Shown: positions 38,446-51,701, numbered from the stretch's first letter. The stretch is DNA of 64,000 nucleotides from Monocercomonoides exilis PA203 (GCA_001643675.2 LSRY02000001.1:868001-932000), one strand, 5' to 3'. Translations and numbers: made by a program. Notes: generated by a model not told the origin, from the sequence alone.

Positions 38446-38799
38446 CTCATTCGCTTCATTAACATCTACAACATATAGTTTATTTGAAATCCTTTCTTTG
38501 TTTATTATATGTGAGCGAAATATAGCTAGTGCTTTAGAAACAGAGAATCTGGCAAATATCGAGAAAGAGAAATTCCAATGAAAACAGAAACAAAGGCAAA
38601 AACAAAGAATTGATCTTCTTTGAAAAAAAGTTGAAATAATAGTTTTGTGATGATGAATTAAGAAAGTGAAGAAAGAAATAATAAAGAAATAAAAGATGAT
38701 GCACAAGACAAAAGGAAAGAGAGCGCAAACAAGACAGAAAGAGAAAATGGATATTTTGAAACACTGAAATAACGACAATAGAAAGAATGAGTGAAAAGT

Positions 38800-38800
<1 letters not shown>

Positions 38801-38836
<36 letters not shown>
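38801..38836. repeat. poly(A) tract
   Basis: Run of about 35 A. Confidence 0.9.
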
Positions 38837-38841
<5 letters not shown>

Positions 38842-39081
38842 TACATTCTGCAACTTTAAAATTACTATACAATGTGAATTGAGAAACGCATTTTTTGTTA
38901 TGAAGCGCACATGAAACAAGTTAATGCTTCAGAATTTATAGAATATCGTTGTGTTCAATTTATTTTTAACACAAAAATTATAAGAATTATCTTCAAAGTG
39001 AATCATTCTTCACTTAATATTCAAAACAAATAACAATTTTTCATTATTTTAAAGTTGTTTATTTATCATTGATTAAATTTA

Positions 39082-41083
39082 GGGTTATAATTTTATCTTG
39101 ACATATTTTTTATTCAAGACCTTTTTTTTTTAATTAATCATTAACTTTTCCCACAATTTCATATTTGAAAAGAATTTTAAGTATATATGTGAATTCAATA
39201 GATAAAAAATAAATACATTTTGAAACAAACACAATTTCGCTGGGGGGAAGATGGGGGGGTTTAGCCCCTTCATCGAACTTCTGTGTGGAATTGGAGGGTT
39301 ACATGGGGCATAAAACCTTTAGTTTGTTAAAAATGTTATTTTTTGATTTTTTTCATTTCATTTCAATTCAAAAAATAAGGAATTATTATGATCTAGAAAA
39401 TATAATTAAAAAATGAAAATATCCACAGAAACAAAAATGAAAGAAGATCAGAAAAAATAACAGAGAGAAATGTCTTCATGCAACTTCAGGAATTATTACA
39501 GTCGGCTGGATCGAATGGCTCACATCGTTGTCGATGGCGTAGTTCGCATAACGGATGCCATTAATTCCAAGGAATTCAGCCGTACAGGAATCAAAAATGC
39601 TGTCAGAGCGCTGAGAAAAGGAAGGCTGGTTGAAAAAATTGGCAGACCTGCATCAGCAGTGGGAAAAAATGAACAAAGAGTATTAGACATTATTCACATT
39701 GAAGAAAAGTCTGGGACATGTTTAACTTTAAAAAAACAAGAGAATTGGTTTGTTTTTATTTTATTTGTATGTTTTAATCATTTGTTTTTCAGATAGAATA
39801 TGTTTTAAACGACAACGATTACGAAGACGCACCATTTACCGAAGTTTCAACGTCAGCCACGAATGGCTTTGTCAAGCGTCATCCGGAGCTGAAGACTGGA
39901 ACTCCGAAGAATTTGGTCATCAACAGACTTGCTGTTTCGTGCAGAAGAGTTTTAAAACCCTGGTATGAAACATTCGATGAGCTGCATGAAAAATACCATT
40001 TCAATCCAGCTTTAATAATAAACATCGACGAATCTTCAACTCGTGTTCCTACAGATTCAAAACAGCTTGTTGTGCACACAGCAGACACAAAAGCAGGTTT
40101 AACGAAAGAACCACCAAGAATGATTAATTCTACATTCGTGGCAACTGTTGCAACGGACGGAAATGCCTTTCCTTCTGTCATTTTGTAGCTAAGTGAAAAC
40201 CTGCTTGACAGACTAAAAAGATTGTTATCTCCAACGCTTGAAATATGGGCAAATTGTAGCGGCTGGATGGACAACGACAGCTTCATTATATTGACTTTCT
40301 CCATTCTTCTGCCTTCGATTATCGAAAGAAGAAAGCGCACATCACTTGAAAACAAACTTATTTCTCTCCTTCTTGATTCTCATGCATCTCGCACAGATCC
40401 ATCGATCTGGCGAGAATTCCAAAAACAACAAGTCGACGTTGGAGCCTTCGTGCCACACAGCACACGCTCGTGTCAACCTCTGGACAGAGGAGTATTTGCT
40501 GCGTTCAAATCTGAATTGACAAACAGATTTGAGGATCCATCTTCTTCTTCATCTTCCTCCAAACGAACTGCAATTGCAGACGCTCTGCCTCAAGCCATCC
40601 ACACTGTATTATCTCCTTCTGTAATTCAGAAAGCATTCGTCTGCAGTGGTGTTCTTCACAATTCTTCTGGGCCAGTTCTTATGAAACTGCCAGAATCTTC
40701 AATTTACCCTCTTCCATCCCGAAGAAACAGGTTCAACTTTTATGGAAAAGTGATAACCTACGAAAATCTTTTCGAGAAATGGGAAAATCATTTGAAAATA
40801 AATATTGAAAGGAAAAATGAAATGGATGAAAAGGAGAAAGATGAAGTGAAGACTGTTGTGGATGAAAAGAAAAAAATAAAAAGAAAACTTTCCCTTGTTT
40901 AAAACGATGATTCTGACGATGAAAAGACAGATCATGCATTAAATCGAGCTGAAGGAAAAAGGAAAGATATCAGAAGAATTAATTCAAATTTTGTTTTCTT
41001 TTTATAATGTTGTTTTTTGAATTTTATCTCTTCATTTTATTGGGTCAGAATAAAGAAAAAGGGTCAGGATAAAATAATAACTC
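39082..41083 (+). mobile_element. pogo/Fot-like (Tc1/mariner-related) DNA transposon, 2.0 kb, TA TSD
   Basis: Left end TA|GGGTTATAATTTTATCTTGAC; right end GGGTCAGGATAAAATAATAACTC|TA. The right TIR has an internal direct repeat GGGTCAG(A/G)ATAAA. The element encloses a DDE_1 transposase. Confidence 0.85.
39470..40902 (+). pseudogene. DD35D pogo-type transposase (HTH CENP-B + DDE_1), inactivated
   Basis: GRP, GFVKRHPELK, IINIDES (D1), ATDGNAFP, SGWMD, LLLDSHASR (D2) and QPLD (D3; 35 residues between D2 and D3). Intron about 39748-39792, a frameshift in the A-run near 39730 and an in-frame TAG at 40186. Confidence 0.9.
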
Positions 41084-42055
41084 TATACTTATTTTCATGC
41101 TTCCCTAAAATTATCAAGATTTCGTTAATATAACCGTCAAAAAAAGTTTGAATTTTCCTTTATTTCCACAATGTTTTAATAAGTGTTTTTTGTTTGTAAA
41201 ATTTTTCTATTCCCACAATTATGATTAACCAAATGATCTTTTCTAATTTGAATTAGGATAGAGATGTTAAATATTTCCCATTTTATTTGAATAAAGTCCA
41301 CTTTATTCAAATAAGCATGAGGTTGTTTAAAAAAAACCTCCATTAATTCAAATTTCCCAACTTAATCTGCATTGTATCTAATCTCACGCAGAAAATATTT
41401 TGTGCAAAACCATAAAGAAAAAATAATTTTCGTTAAAAATTTCAAAAAATTGAACAAAGCAATTTTAATAAATGAAGGTTGTGAAAACTCACAAAGATTG
41501 TCTTGAGCATTCCAAAATCCCAAAAGAAAAACTTTCAGAAATCCTATAAAAGATAATCCCAAATCAGGAAAAAAAAGTCGTTTGAAGTTAAATCTAGTTG
41601 TATCACTCGTTGAAAATGTTCGCGTTCAAAATAAAGGCAAAAAGAAAAACAGTAAATGTAACAGCAAATTAAACATGAGTTAATATTTGTCAAATTTAAA
41701 TGAAAATGCCAAAAGGTTATTTATTGTTGAGAAAGAGAAAGCAAATGAAAATGAAATTTGATTAATAAAACTTTTTTCAAATAAATCTCCAAGAAATTTC
41801 AAAAAAAAAAAATGTTAAAAATAATACAGAATTAAATTTCAAAAATATAGCAAATGAAAAAAAATAGATACTTTAGTGTTTAAGTTAGATGTCCTTTAAA
41901 GATAATAAGGAACGTTTTGAAAATTGTTCGCAGATTCAAAGAACTCAAAAAAAAAAAAAAATATTCAATTAGCTTAAAATAACAGTCGTGAATGTGAAGA
42001 ATATCTGCACAACATCTCATCATATGAATGTTGTTATTTTAATTCTGTCAGATAG

Positions 42056-45000
42056 TCAAGTCAAAGCAAGTACTGGCATAAAAGAAATTGAAGAATCATC
42101 CGAACAAAATGAACTTTCATCCGACAGCGTAGAATATGAATCCAAATCAGTATCATCCAGAGATGTATTTTTCCTATTCATTTCGTTGTTTGCATTATCC
42201 ATCGCCTCACTGTCTCTATTTGATGAGTTGTTTGATGGAGATGATTTAATACCGCTTTCTTTCCGACTATTCTGGAATGATTTAGTTGCAAGAGTTGGAA
42301 GTTGTTTAGGCAAATCGGAGTCAGGATCTTTAATAAACGACTTTGAAAAAGACGATGATAAAGTTGAAGTTGAAACATTTGTTTCACTAGAACGCAATAT
42401 ATTCTCAGAATTATTTTCCGAATCTTCTTCAAAGGAATCAAAAGAATATTCCTCTTCATTTCTTTGAGAGAAACTTTCGTCATTTTGTTTATCGAATGAC
42501 GAATATGGAATATTCGTTTCCTCGTTGAACGGTGATGGTGCCAGTTGATTTTCCATAAATAATTCCTCTCCAATGTTTGCCGTGTCCTGGTCGGTTGAGA
42601 GTTTAATAGTTGGTTCTTCGTTTTCAGCTGAATCGTTGTAAGAATGTTTATCTAATTCATTCATCTGTCCAATATTTGGTTCTTTTTCATGACTGTTCTC
42701 TTTATCTTGAATCTTGAAAGATGAATCATTTTCAGAACCATCAAACGATTCGGAATCTGAATTGAAAGTTTCCGTTTCTGAGGCTGATATCGACTCCACA
42801 CTTGGACTCATGTTACTCTTGGTTTGTTGCTCGGATGCAGAGTTTTGTTGGCAGGAAGAATCAACAGAATGATCTTCCTGCGAATCACAATTCCCGTTTA
42901 CCATCAATTTTTCATGTGAATTCTTTTCGAGTGAGGTATTGTCTATTAGATTGTTTTGCTGTTGAGGATGACTGACTTTTGTGGTGCTATTTTTGTTTTC
43001 ATTTAATAGATCTTTAACATTTTTATTGATTTCCTCCAATTTTTTCAAAATTTTCTCAATTTCTATCTTCATCTTGATTTCATTAATGTCTTCAACAATA
43101 GATTTGACTGAAATGTCTGCAAAATAGCACAAAACTCCGTCCGATTTGATTATCAAGGAATGTGAAATATTATCGGAATTTTCGGTGTCCTCTTCTTTAC
43201 TTCCTTCCTTTGTGAAAGAAATTTGTTTTGTGCTTTCTTTCTCATCGTCATCCTCGAAGCATTCAGATGCCTGGTCTGCTTTTGGATCGCAAATGGTCAG
43301 ATGCTGGTCAGCATCTTGTTTATTTCCCATTTGAATTCCTCCTGACGAATCAATATTCTTTTTCTTTTGAGACTCCAGTGAAATGTCAATTGAGCCCTCC
43401 TCGCGTTTATTGCCGTTTTGTGAATAGTTGTCACTTTCAGATTTATCTGATTTCTCAGTTGATCGATTGTTTTCTGCTGTCAAAATATCCTTTGGATTAT
43501 CGCTTTGATTATCCAACAAATAACCATTGTTTTCAGAATCATTTTTTCCGCTTGTTAATCCACCAGAACATTTGCATGTTGAATTAGCATCGCTAATTTC
43601 AGGTGAACATGCATCTGAAGCTTGATGAGCGTTGTTATCAGAATTTTCTGTATTGCCAGCAGAAGAATTTTCATTTCTTTTATTTTCAGCTGTTTCTGTC
43701 GCACTGTCTTGTTGCTCTTGCTTGTCTACCCCTCCTCCAGCATTTCCATCTTGTCCGGATACAGGAGATCCGTCTGTAACGTATTGCGAATTTTCTGCAG
43801 CATCAATGTTTGAACTTCCATTGGCATTTACTTGAACATCGTTGCTTGAATTGGCGTTGTTGTCCGTTGATTTTGTTCCTGTTTCGACGCTTTCTCCTTC
43901 TCCGCTGCATGAAATATCGTGGTTGTCAATATTATTGTTACTTTTATCAGCCACTTGATTATTCTTAACGTCATTCAAATTCTGATTTTTAAGATTCATA
44001 AACTTCTCATTGATGTTCATTTTGTCGAATTTCTCTAATTTATAACCTTCGACCAAATATAAAAGATCCTGTATTCGAACAAGTGCTAAATCACATTGAC
44101 AAAATTCCGGGCAAATAGAACGAATTCGCGCATCAGGCCGAATGTTGCAAGGAATATAGCGAAAAAGGTCATGAACATCTTCACTAATAATGTCGAATGT
44201 GCTTTCAGTGCATTCATCAAAATCACAACATGACTTCAAGTTTGACTGATCGTCAACGCTTTTCCCTTTTACAGACTCATCCTCAGCATAACAGTTTCCT
44301 CGTATATCCAAATTATTTCCTGTTTTAGCAATGAGTTCGTCGGTTCTTGCAGCTGATCCGTTCTCTGTTCCGTCCTTTGAGTTGCCTTGAGATTTTTTAT
44401 CACGTTCAGATGAACGTGAGCTGACAGTGCTTAAATGAGAGAAACTAATTTTAGATGAGTCGCTCCCATCGCACGAAGAAGAAGCGGTGCTTGACGATAC
44501 ACTCGCGTGTGTCGCAGTCATTGTTTGGGTGCTTGACGTGCTTTCTGTGTCAATTGAACTAACATCAGAGGATGCTTCACTTCCAGTTATTGAATCACAT
44601 TCAAATACATCATCATCACAATCGATATCTTTCCTAAGTGATGGTGGACTTGAAAGAGAACATGCTTTAGCTGAATTTGGAGCAGATTCGTTGAGTTGAA
44701 GTCGATGAGACAATTGGAAAGTCGTTTTGTCATTAACAAAATACGTTGAAGAAGGCATCGAATTAGCATAATTTTGTGTTTTCCATGAGTCATTGGAAGT
44801 GATGATTTGGAATGAATTACGCAATTCCGGGCTAATGAAGTCACTATGCGAAGAAGATGTCGGGGTTGATTCTGGAAAAATTGACTGTCTGTCTCCTAAT
44901 GGAGCGAAAGAGTGTGTCAACGTACAAGCTTGGAGATTTTGGTCACCTTTTGCTGGAACAGTACCAAAAGTCAATTGAAATGGCACATGACTACTCGCTG

Positions 45001-46859
45001 ATCCTGTTTGTGTTGTTATTCCAAGCACAGAATTTGAAGTGCTTGTTGCTCTTTCATGTTGAAGAACAAATTTTTGTGATGAAAGTTGTGTGCTTTGAAC
45101 TTTTGGTACAAAAGAAGGTGCTCCAGGATTCAACAGCTTCGTTCCCGATTTTAGAACTGGCCGAGCAGAAGAAGATAAATGCTCGGAGTGATGGTCAGAA
45201 CTGGATCCAATAACAGAGTAATGAGATGAGTTAGATATGCTGAATTGATTTGATTGATCTGGTTCTGGTGGACTGTTTTGAGTGCAAGACGGAAAAGAAG
45301 AGAAACACTTTTTCGTTCTAAGGTCCAGGCAGCGTGCTTTAATAGGCCGAAGACGCGGGATTCTCAGAGGTTCACTAAAATGCTCATTCGTGAAGATTAC
45401 GAAATAAAGCGGGAAGGATGCAAAACCATATTCAAAAACTTTTGAAAGCTTACTGGCGCACTTTAAAAAGAAGAAGAAGAAATATATATTAAAATATGTA
45501 TGTATGCATGCATAAAAAAATTAATAAATTGAAAGATATCCAAATAAGAAAAAGAAAGGATGATACGAATCGGTTTAAATCATGTCAGAAAGAAAGAAAA
45601 TTGAAAAGGCAGCAATAACATATAAAATCTTTGCATTTTTCAATTTCAAACCTTTTCTGCAAAATCTATTGAGTTTTGGCTTCCATCATCTGGAAACAAT
45701 ACGTATCCGTAATCCTGAATGCATCTGTCTTCAATTTGCAAATACACATCAGTCAACATCACCAGAAGATAACTGCAACCACTATCACTTTTCTTTGTTC
45801 CCTCACCTTCTACAGCCAAATCACTCTTTTGTTCATCTTCACTTTCTTTCTCGTTTGAATAAAGTTCAACATTCATTTCCTCTGCAACTGCCCTTTGAAT
45901 CGCACGAGCCTTTTTCAGTATTATTTGCTTCAAGTCATCAGATGTTATTTTGTAATAATCTAGCATTTCATGTGCTGGAGACTTAGCTCCGCTCACTTCC
46001 GTCTTAATTGATGATGTTGCCTTTAAGAAGACTTTCTGCTTTTCCTGGAGGGTTTTTCCATCAGTCATATCACCAATTTTTTCTGCTTCTGCTTCCATAT
46101 CTTTATTGATCTTTCTAACGACAAATGCGACTGACTTTTTACAAATGCAAACATTTGCCCAATGCAAAGTAACTTTTTCCACATTATCTTTCATAGACTG
46201 GGTAGGACCTTTGTGTGCGTCTTCAGCATTATTTCTGTTGGAATATTGCACAAAATAACATGTTTTAAAAGGTGATTTTGCAATTCCTGTAACTATTTTC
46301 AATTGAGTTCTAAAAGTTAGTCAGTACATCAAAAAAAAAAATAAAATAAAATAAAATAAAATAAAATAAAAAAGAAAAAGAAAGAAAAAGATAAAGATAA
46401 AGGTAAAGGTAAAGGTAAAGAATATGCATTTTATGAAAATTATTTTTAATATATTTTTGTATGAAATCAATATGTTGTTTTCCACACTCTAACAGTTTAT
46501 TAATATCCGGACAACCAGTGATATGAAAATCTCCTCGAAATGCTATCGTTTTATTTCTACAAGCTGGCTGTATATAAAATTCACCAATGTCTAATTTCTT
46601 AAAAAAAAAAAAAAATTTGAAATGTTAATCACGTTATCTTTGATAAAATGAATGTTTCTCAAACTACAGAAGAGTATTTGATAATCTCTTGAGCTTTTTC
46701 AACTTCTGAAAAATGAATAAAAGTGTATCCACTGTCTTTTTTGTTCTTTTTAGAATAACCTAACTCTATTCTTCCATAGCTTTCAAATGCTATTTGAAGT
46801 TGTTTTTGTTCAATGTTTGAAAAATTTCCAGTAAGTTTCACCTCTCCTAAATTGCGCAT
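42056..46859 (-). CDS. Multi-RRM RNA-binding protein with PAM2 motif and long S/N/D/E-rich tail (~1455 aa, 4 exons)
   Basis: Exons 46859-46665, 46597-46488, 46309-45652 and 45460-42056 join in frame via GT-AG introns. Branch-point-like TACTGACTAAC at 46326-46316. RNP1-like SGYTFIHF, TCYFVQY and DYGYVLF; KLLNPGAPSFVP at about 45139-45104. Confidence 0.75.
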
Positions 46860-47384
46860 AAAATTATTAAAACATTGGAAAAATTCTGATATGCTTTTAA
46901 TAACGAATATGCAAACTTAATTCTTCATCTTTTTCATCTTTTCGGATAAGAGATAAATTGAATCAAATCAATGTTTTTAATGACTAATCATGCGCAAACT
47001 GCAATTTTCACTCATTGTTGTAAATAAGGTTGTTTGTTTTACCAATGGTAAAACCTTGAGATTACTTGTCGATCAAGGGCCCATAGTATTATTGAAAATG
47101 AAAAGTTCAAGATTTTAATGGTTGAGAATATCTTCAAATTAATGGATTTTTATTCATTGACTTCAAATAATGACCAACAATCGATAATTTATTGCTGTAT
47201 TTATTTTTTTGGAAAAAAAAAACTATCAATTTATCCAATAATATTCTTTAAAGTTGTTCTTAAAGATGAAGCAATTTTTGCGAGAAAAATAGAAAAAACA
47301 TAAAAACAATGTGTTCAAAAACATTACTGTTTAAATAATATCTTTGAAACAAGAGAGGAGCATATTAAAAAGAAAAAAAGCATA

Positions 47385-50300
47385 TTAGAAGCTGGTTGTG
47401 CCTTCTGCAAGTTCCTCGTTTCCTTCTTCCTTCGTTCCAACATCTTCCACATCGTCCTTCTGCTCATCGTCAATCCACTCCACTTCGTCTTCGATGTCTT
47501 TGAAGTCGATTTCTCCGTGCTCTTCATGCGCAAACCGGCTAAGCAGACGCGCCTCTTCCTCTGCTGTCAGCTTCGGCAGATGTGTCTCAAATGGCAGGAA
47601 ATTCAGCTCTTCGCCATCAATTTTACTTCCAATTGCATCTTTCTCTTTGCCTTCTTCTTCTTCTTTTCCTTCTCCTCCTCTTTGCTCTCTCTCTTTGCTC
47701 AATGACATTTTGGTTTCTGCTGATGCATTTTGTGTGCTTTGTTCTTTGTTCACTGCATGTTCATCAGCAATTGCTGTGTCATAATCATCATCATCATCAT
47801 CATCAATGCCATCATCAATATCTTCATTGTTTTTATCATCATTACCATCATCATCGATATCTTCATCGTCTTCATCTTCATCTTCTTCATCATCTTCTTC
47901 TTCATTGCTGTCATCTTCTTCGTTTTCCTTTTCCTTTTCCTTTTCCTTTTCCTTTTCGTCTCCTTTCGTTTCCTTTGTTTTTTCAGTTTCTTCATCATCT
48001 CTATCTTCATCTTCATCATCGTCATCCAAACTGTCAATTTGAATCTCATCATCATCATCATCTTCTTCTTCTTCTTCTTCTGCTTCTGCTTCTGCTTCTG
48101 CTTCATTGTTATTGTCCAGTTGTGATGTGATGTTTTCCTCTTTCACCTCCTTCTCTTCTCCTTCTTCCCTCTTCTTCTCCTTCTTCTCCTTCTTCTTCTC
48201 TGCCATCGGTGTCTGCACAGCTGAATATAACAAAGCAGCCGAAGAGGAAGAAGCTAATGTTGGATTTCCTGCTGTCTGCATTGAATTTTGCAATGGAATT
48301 TGCATTTGTGTCTGTGTGTTGTGTGGAGGTGATGGCAAGAGTGATGTTCTGGTTGGATTCCGCTGAATAAACCGCTTCGACATCGCCTCTGCCGAGTTGT
48401 CTTCGTCTTCATCCAAATATTCAGCTTTGTCTATCTCTTCTTCTTCTTCTGGTTTGTCTTCTTTCTTCTCTTCTCCTTCTTTTTCTCCTTCTTTCTTTTC
48501 TTCTTCTTCTTTCTTCTTTTCTTCTTCTTCTTTCTTCTTTTCTTCTTCTTCTTCATTTAGTTCATGTGTCAACCTCCTCTTCTTCTCCACTTTCGGTGAT
48601 GAATCAATAACATTCCATTCATCTTTCTCTCTCTCTTCCTCTCCCTCTTCTTCTTCCCTTTCTTCTTTCTTCTGTCTCAGTTGCTTCTTCGTCTTCTTCT
48701 TCTTCTTCTTCTTCTCCATCTTCATTCTCTGCACAAGAGGCGACACTTCTGAAGGAAACACGAATCTTCTGCTGTTTTTGGATTCTCTTTCGCCCATTCT
48801 GTCATCTGACTGAGAAGATGAATGGACATCTCTATCAGAAGACAAGGAAGAGGAAGAAGAAGAGGAAGATGATGATGATGATGATGATGATGATGAATTA
48901 GAAGAAGAAGAAGAAGAATTCATTGAAGTGTCAGAAGAAGGCGTTGTTGGGCGTGGCGTGGCAGCAGAACGTAAAGTGGCAGCAGCAGGCGGAGGAAGAA
49001 TATGCGAAAATGGATTCATTTTGATGTCTTCATCTTCATTCTCATTTTCGTTCTCGTTCTCGTTCTCTTCTTCGTTTGCTTCTCCACTTAAGCTGTTCGA
49101 GTGTGGACGGCGCATAATGGCTGAGGTGAGGGTGAGGGGCAAGGAGTTGGACAAGGAATTGTCTGAAGATGAAGATGATGAAGAAGAATTTCTCACAGAA
49201 CCATCATTACCTTCTGTTTGTTCCTTAACTTGATTCTTCTTCTCATTCTTCTCTTTCATCTCCTTCTGCTCCTTCTGCTCCATCAGCATTGCCTGCTGCC
49301 TGATGAAGTGAGAGAAGAAACTGCCTTGTTCAGAAAGAGTTGAGAGGGAAGTAGCGCCACTCACAGCACTCATCAGAGAAGAGAGAGAGAGAGGAGGATG
49401 AGACAGCTGGGTGGACTGGGCTGATTGGATGGCAGAGGACAAGAAAGAGGAAGGAGAAGAGGAAGAGGAAGAAGAAGAGGGAAAAGAAGAAGAAGAAGAA
49501 AAGGAAGAAGGCAGCTCAGCTTTTGGGCATATGCCAAATGAGGCAGAATAAGGCTGGTGATGAACGAGAGCAATAGGCGCAACTGATTTGCTCTGTGACT
49601 TCAGCTGCATCGACTGACAGCGCCGCCTCTGCCGTTCATCTTCATTCATATGCTCTTCTTTGTCTTCTTCTTCCTCCTCCTCCTCCTCTTTTTCATCTTT
49701 TTCTTTCACTCCTTTCACTTCTTTCTCTTTCTCTCTCTGCTCCTGTTGCATTGCCTGCTTCCTCTTCACTTGCTCTTCTCTCTTCATCGACAGCTCCTTC
49801 AGCTCAAACATCGCTTCGTGAAGAGGTTTCGTAGAGTTCAAAATTGCTTCTTCAATCGGCATATCCAAAAACATTGCTTCTCTTTCTGCTTCATTTCCTG
49901 CTTCTCCTTCTTCTTCTTCTTTTCTCTTCCCTTCCCTCTTCCCTTCTCTTCTCTCTTTCTCTTTGGCTTCTGTCTCTTTCTTCCATTCTGCATAGAGCAG
50001 CTCTGCCTCTATCTGCACCCGCACCATCTCCTGTGAAGCATACTGGTCTGTTGAGATAGCTTCAGCTTCAGATGGAAGAGAAGAAGAAGGATAAGATGAA
50101 GAAGAAGAAGAAGATGATGATGATGATGATGATGACTGTAATGATGATGCTGCTGCTGATGAATATGGAACAAGATCCATCGGAAGCAAAGAAGACGAAG
50201 AAAAGCGAAGAGAAGACGTAGGTTGGTATTGAAGTGATCTGTTTTGCCCATTCGCCGCTCCTCTAACTTCCCTCCTCAGCGGGACATTACTTCCGTTCTC

Positions 50301-51701
50301 TGAGAAATTGTATTTCTCCGAATCGTTGCTTCGTTCCCTTTCCCTTTCTCGCTCTTTTTCTCTCTCATTTTTCCTCTCTGCAGTCAGCTCAGAATATGAT
50401 TTGTGTGTTGTCAGGAATTCTTCCTCGAATCCTTCATCCTGAATGAGGTTGTCGTCAATAATTGCCTCCCCAAACTCATCCAGCTCGTCTGAGTCGATGA
50501 TTCTCTTTCCATCTTCCTCTTCTTCCACCCTTCTCTTCTCCTCTTCTTCTTTGTCATCATCGTTTTCTTCAACTTCTCTTTCTCTTTCTCTTTCTTCTTT
50601 TCCTTTTCCTTCCTTTTCATCAGCTGCATCATCCACACCAGACATAAACTCCCCTCTGGCAGCACAGCCCGAGCGCAGCGACAGTTTCTGGATGGCTTTT
50701 TCAACATCCTCTTCTTCTGCCTGGCTCGCTGCATTGCCCGTCCACCGCCGCTGTTTGCTTGTGCTCTTTCGCGACGACCACCTCCCTCCGTCTTCATTCA
50801 CACTGATGATGTTCCGCTCGGGCGTCACATCCCGCCTCTCTCCTTCTTCTTTTTCTTCTTCTTTCCCTTGTTTCAAATTCCGTTCTTCAAACATCTCCTG
50901 TGGCAGAGGTGTTATCATTGCAGGCTTCAAATGAGTTGTTCGAGGTGCAATATGAAGAACGTTGGGAGAATGTGATAAACGATATGATGGAGCGGATAGC
51001 GTAGATATCACCATTTCTTCGCGATTCATTGGAGGCGTATGGGGAGGTGTTAATAAAGTTTGCTGGCCCTCATTATCAATTCGTTTAAAAATTTGATCCT
51101 GTTCATCATTACTAATTCGTAGACGCTTTCTTCCTTGAACGTCTGATTGTTCACTTGCTCCCGTGTTCCGTTTATCAATGTTCCTTTTACGACGTTCGTA
51201 TCCTATTTTGTCATCTGTTGACATATCGTCAAATTCTTGTTCAACAACAGTTGATGATGAATTGTCTGTTTCACTGCTGTTAAGGTCTTCTGATGAAGAA
51301 GATTCTTCTCTGCGTTATCAATTAACAAATATGTGAAATTCAAATAATTGAAATGAAAAAAAGTTTGAAAAGCAAACGATGAGCTGTCGCTTTCAGGGAG
51401 TTTACGGACTTTCCTGATTTGATATTTATGTTTTTCGTGCTCAGAAAAATGATGCTTTTCTTTCATCATTCGATTAAGCATCTGATCATAAAGTGAAGGA
51501 AAACTCTGAGGAATTAACTTAAATTTTTGAAGGTTTCAACATTTCAATGATAATGCATAAAAAAGAACGCGCTTAACATTATAGAAAAGCAAAAAGAACG
51601 GATAGACATACAGTAGGAGATGGTTCAGTTGCGCTTGAAGAATAAATCTCCTTTCCAATAAAAGGATTTGTAAATTTTACAGAATCCATCCCTGATGCCA
51701 T
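47385..51701 (-). CDS. Large low-complexity E/K/S/D-rich hypothetical protein (~1380 aa, 3 exons)
   Basis: Exons 51701-51612, 51505-51378 and 51309-47385 splice in frame (GT-AG) onto the 1279-aa ORF. NLS-like basic tracts and LLTPPHTPP are present. Confidence 0.75.

Noticed and set aside
39079-39088. TTAGGGTTA telomeric seed
   Set aside because: A single unit, explained by the TA TSD plus the pogo TIR.
47398-50934. Numerous + strand ORFs rich in S/F/L/H/I
   Set aside because: These are antisense shadows of the GAA/GAT-rich minus-strand gene. The same applies to ORFs such as 4154-4705, 10521-10850 and 61580-62632.
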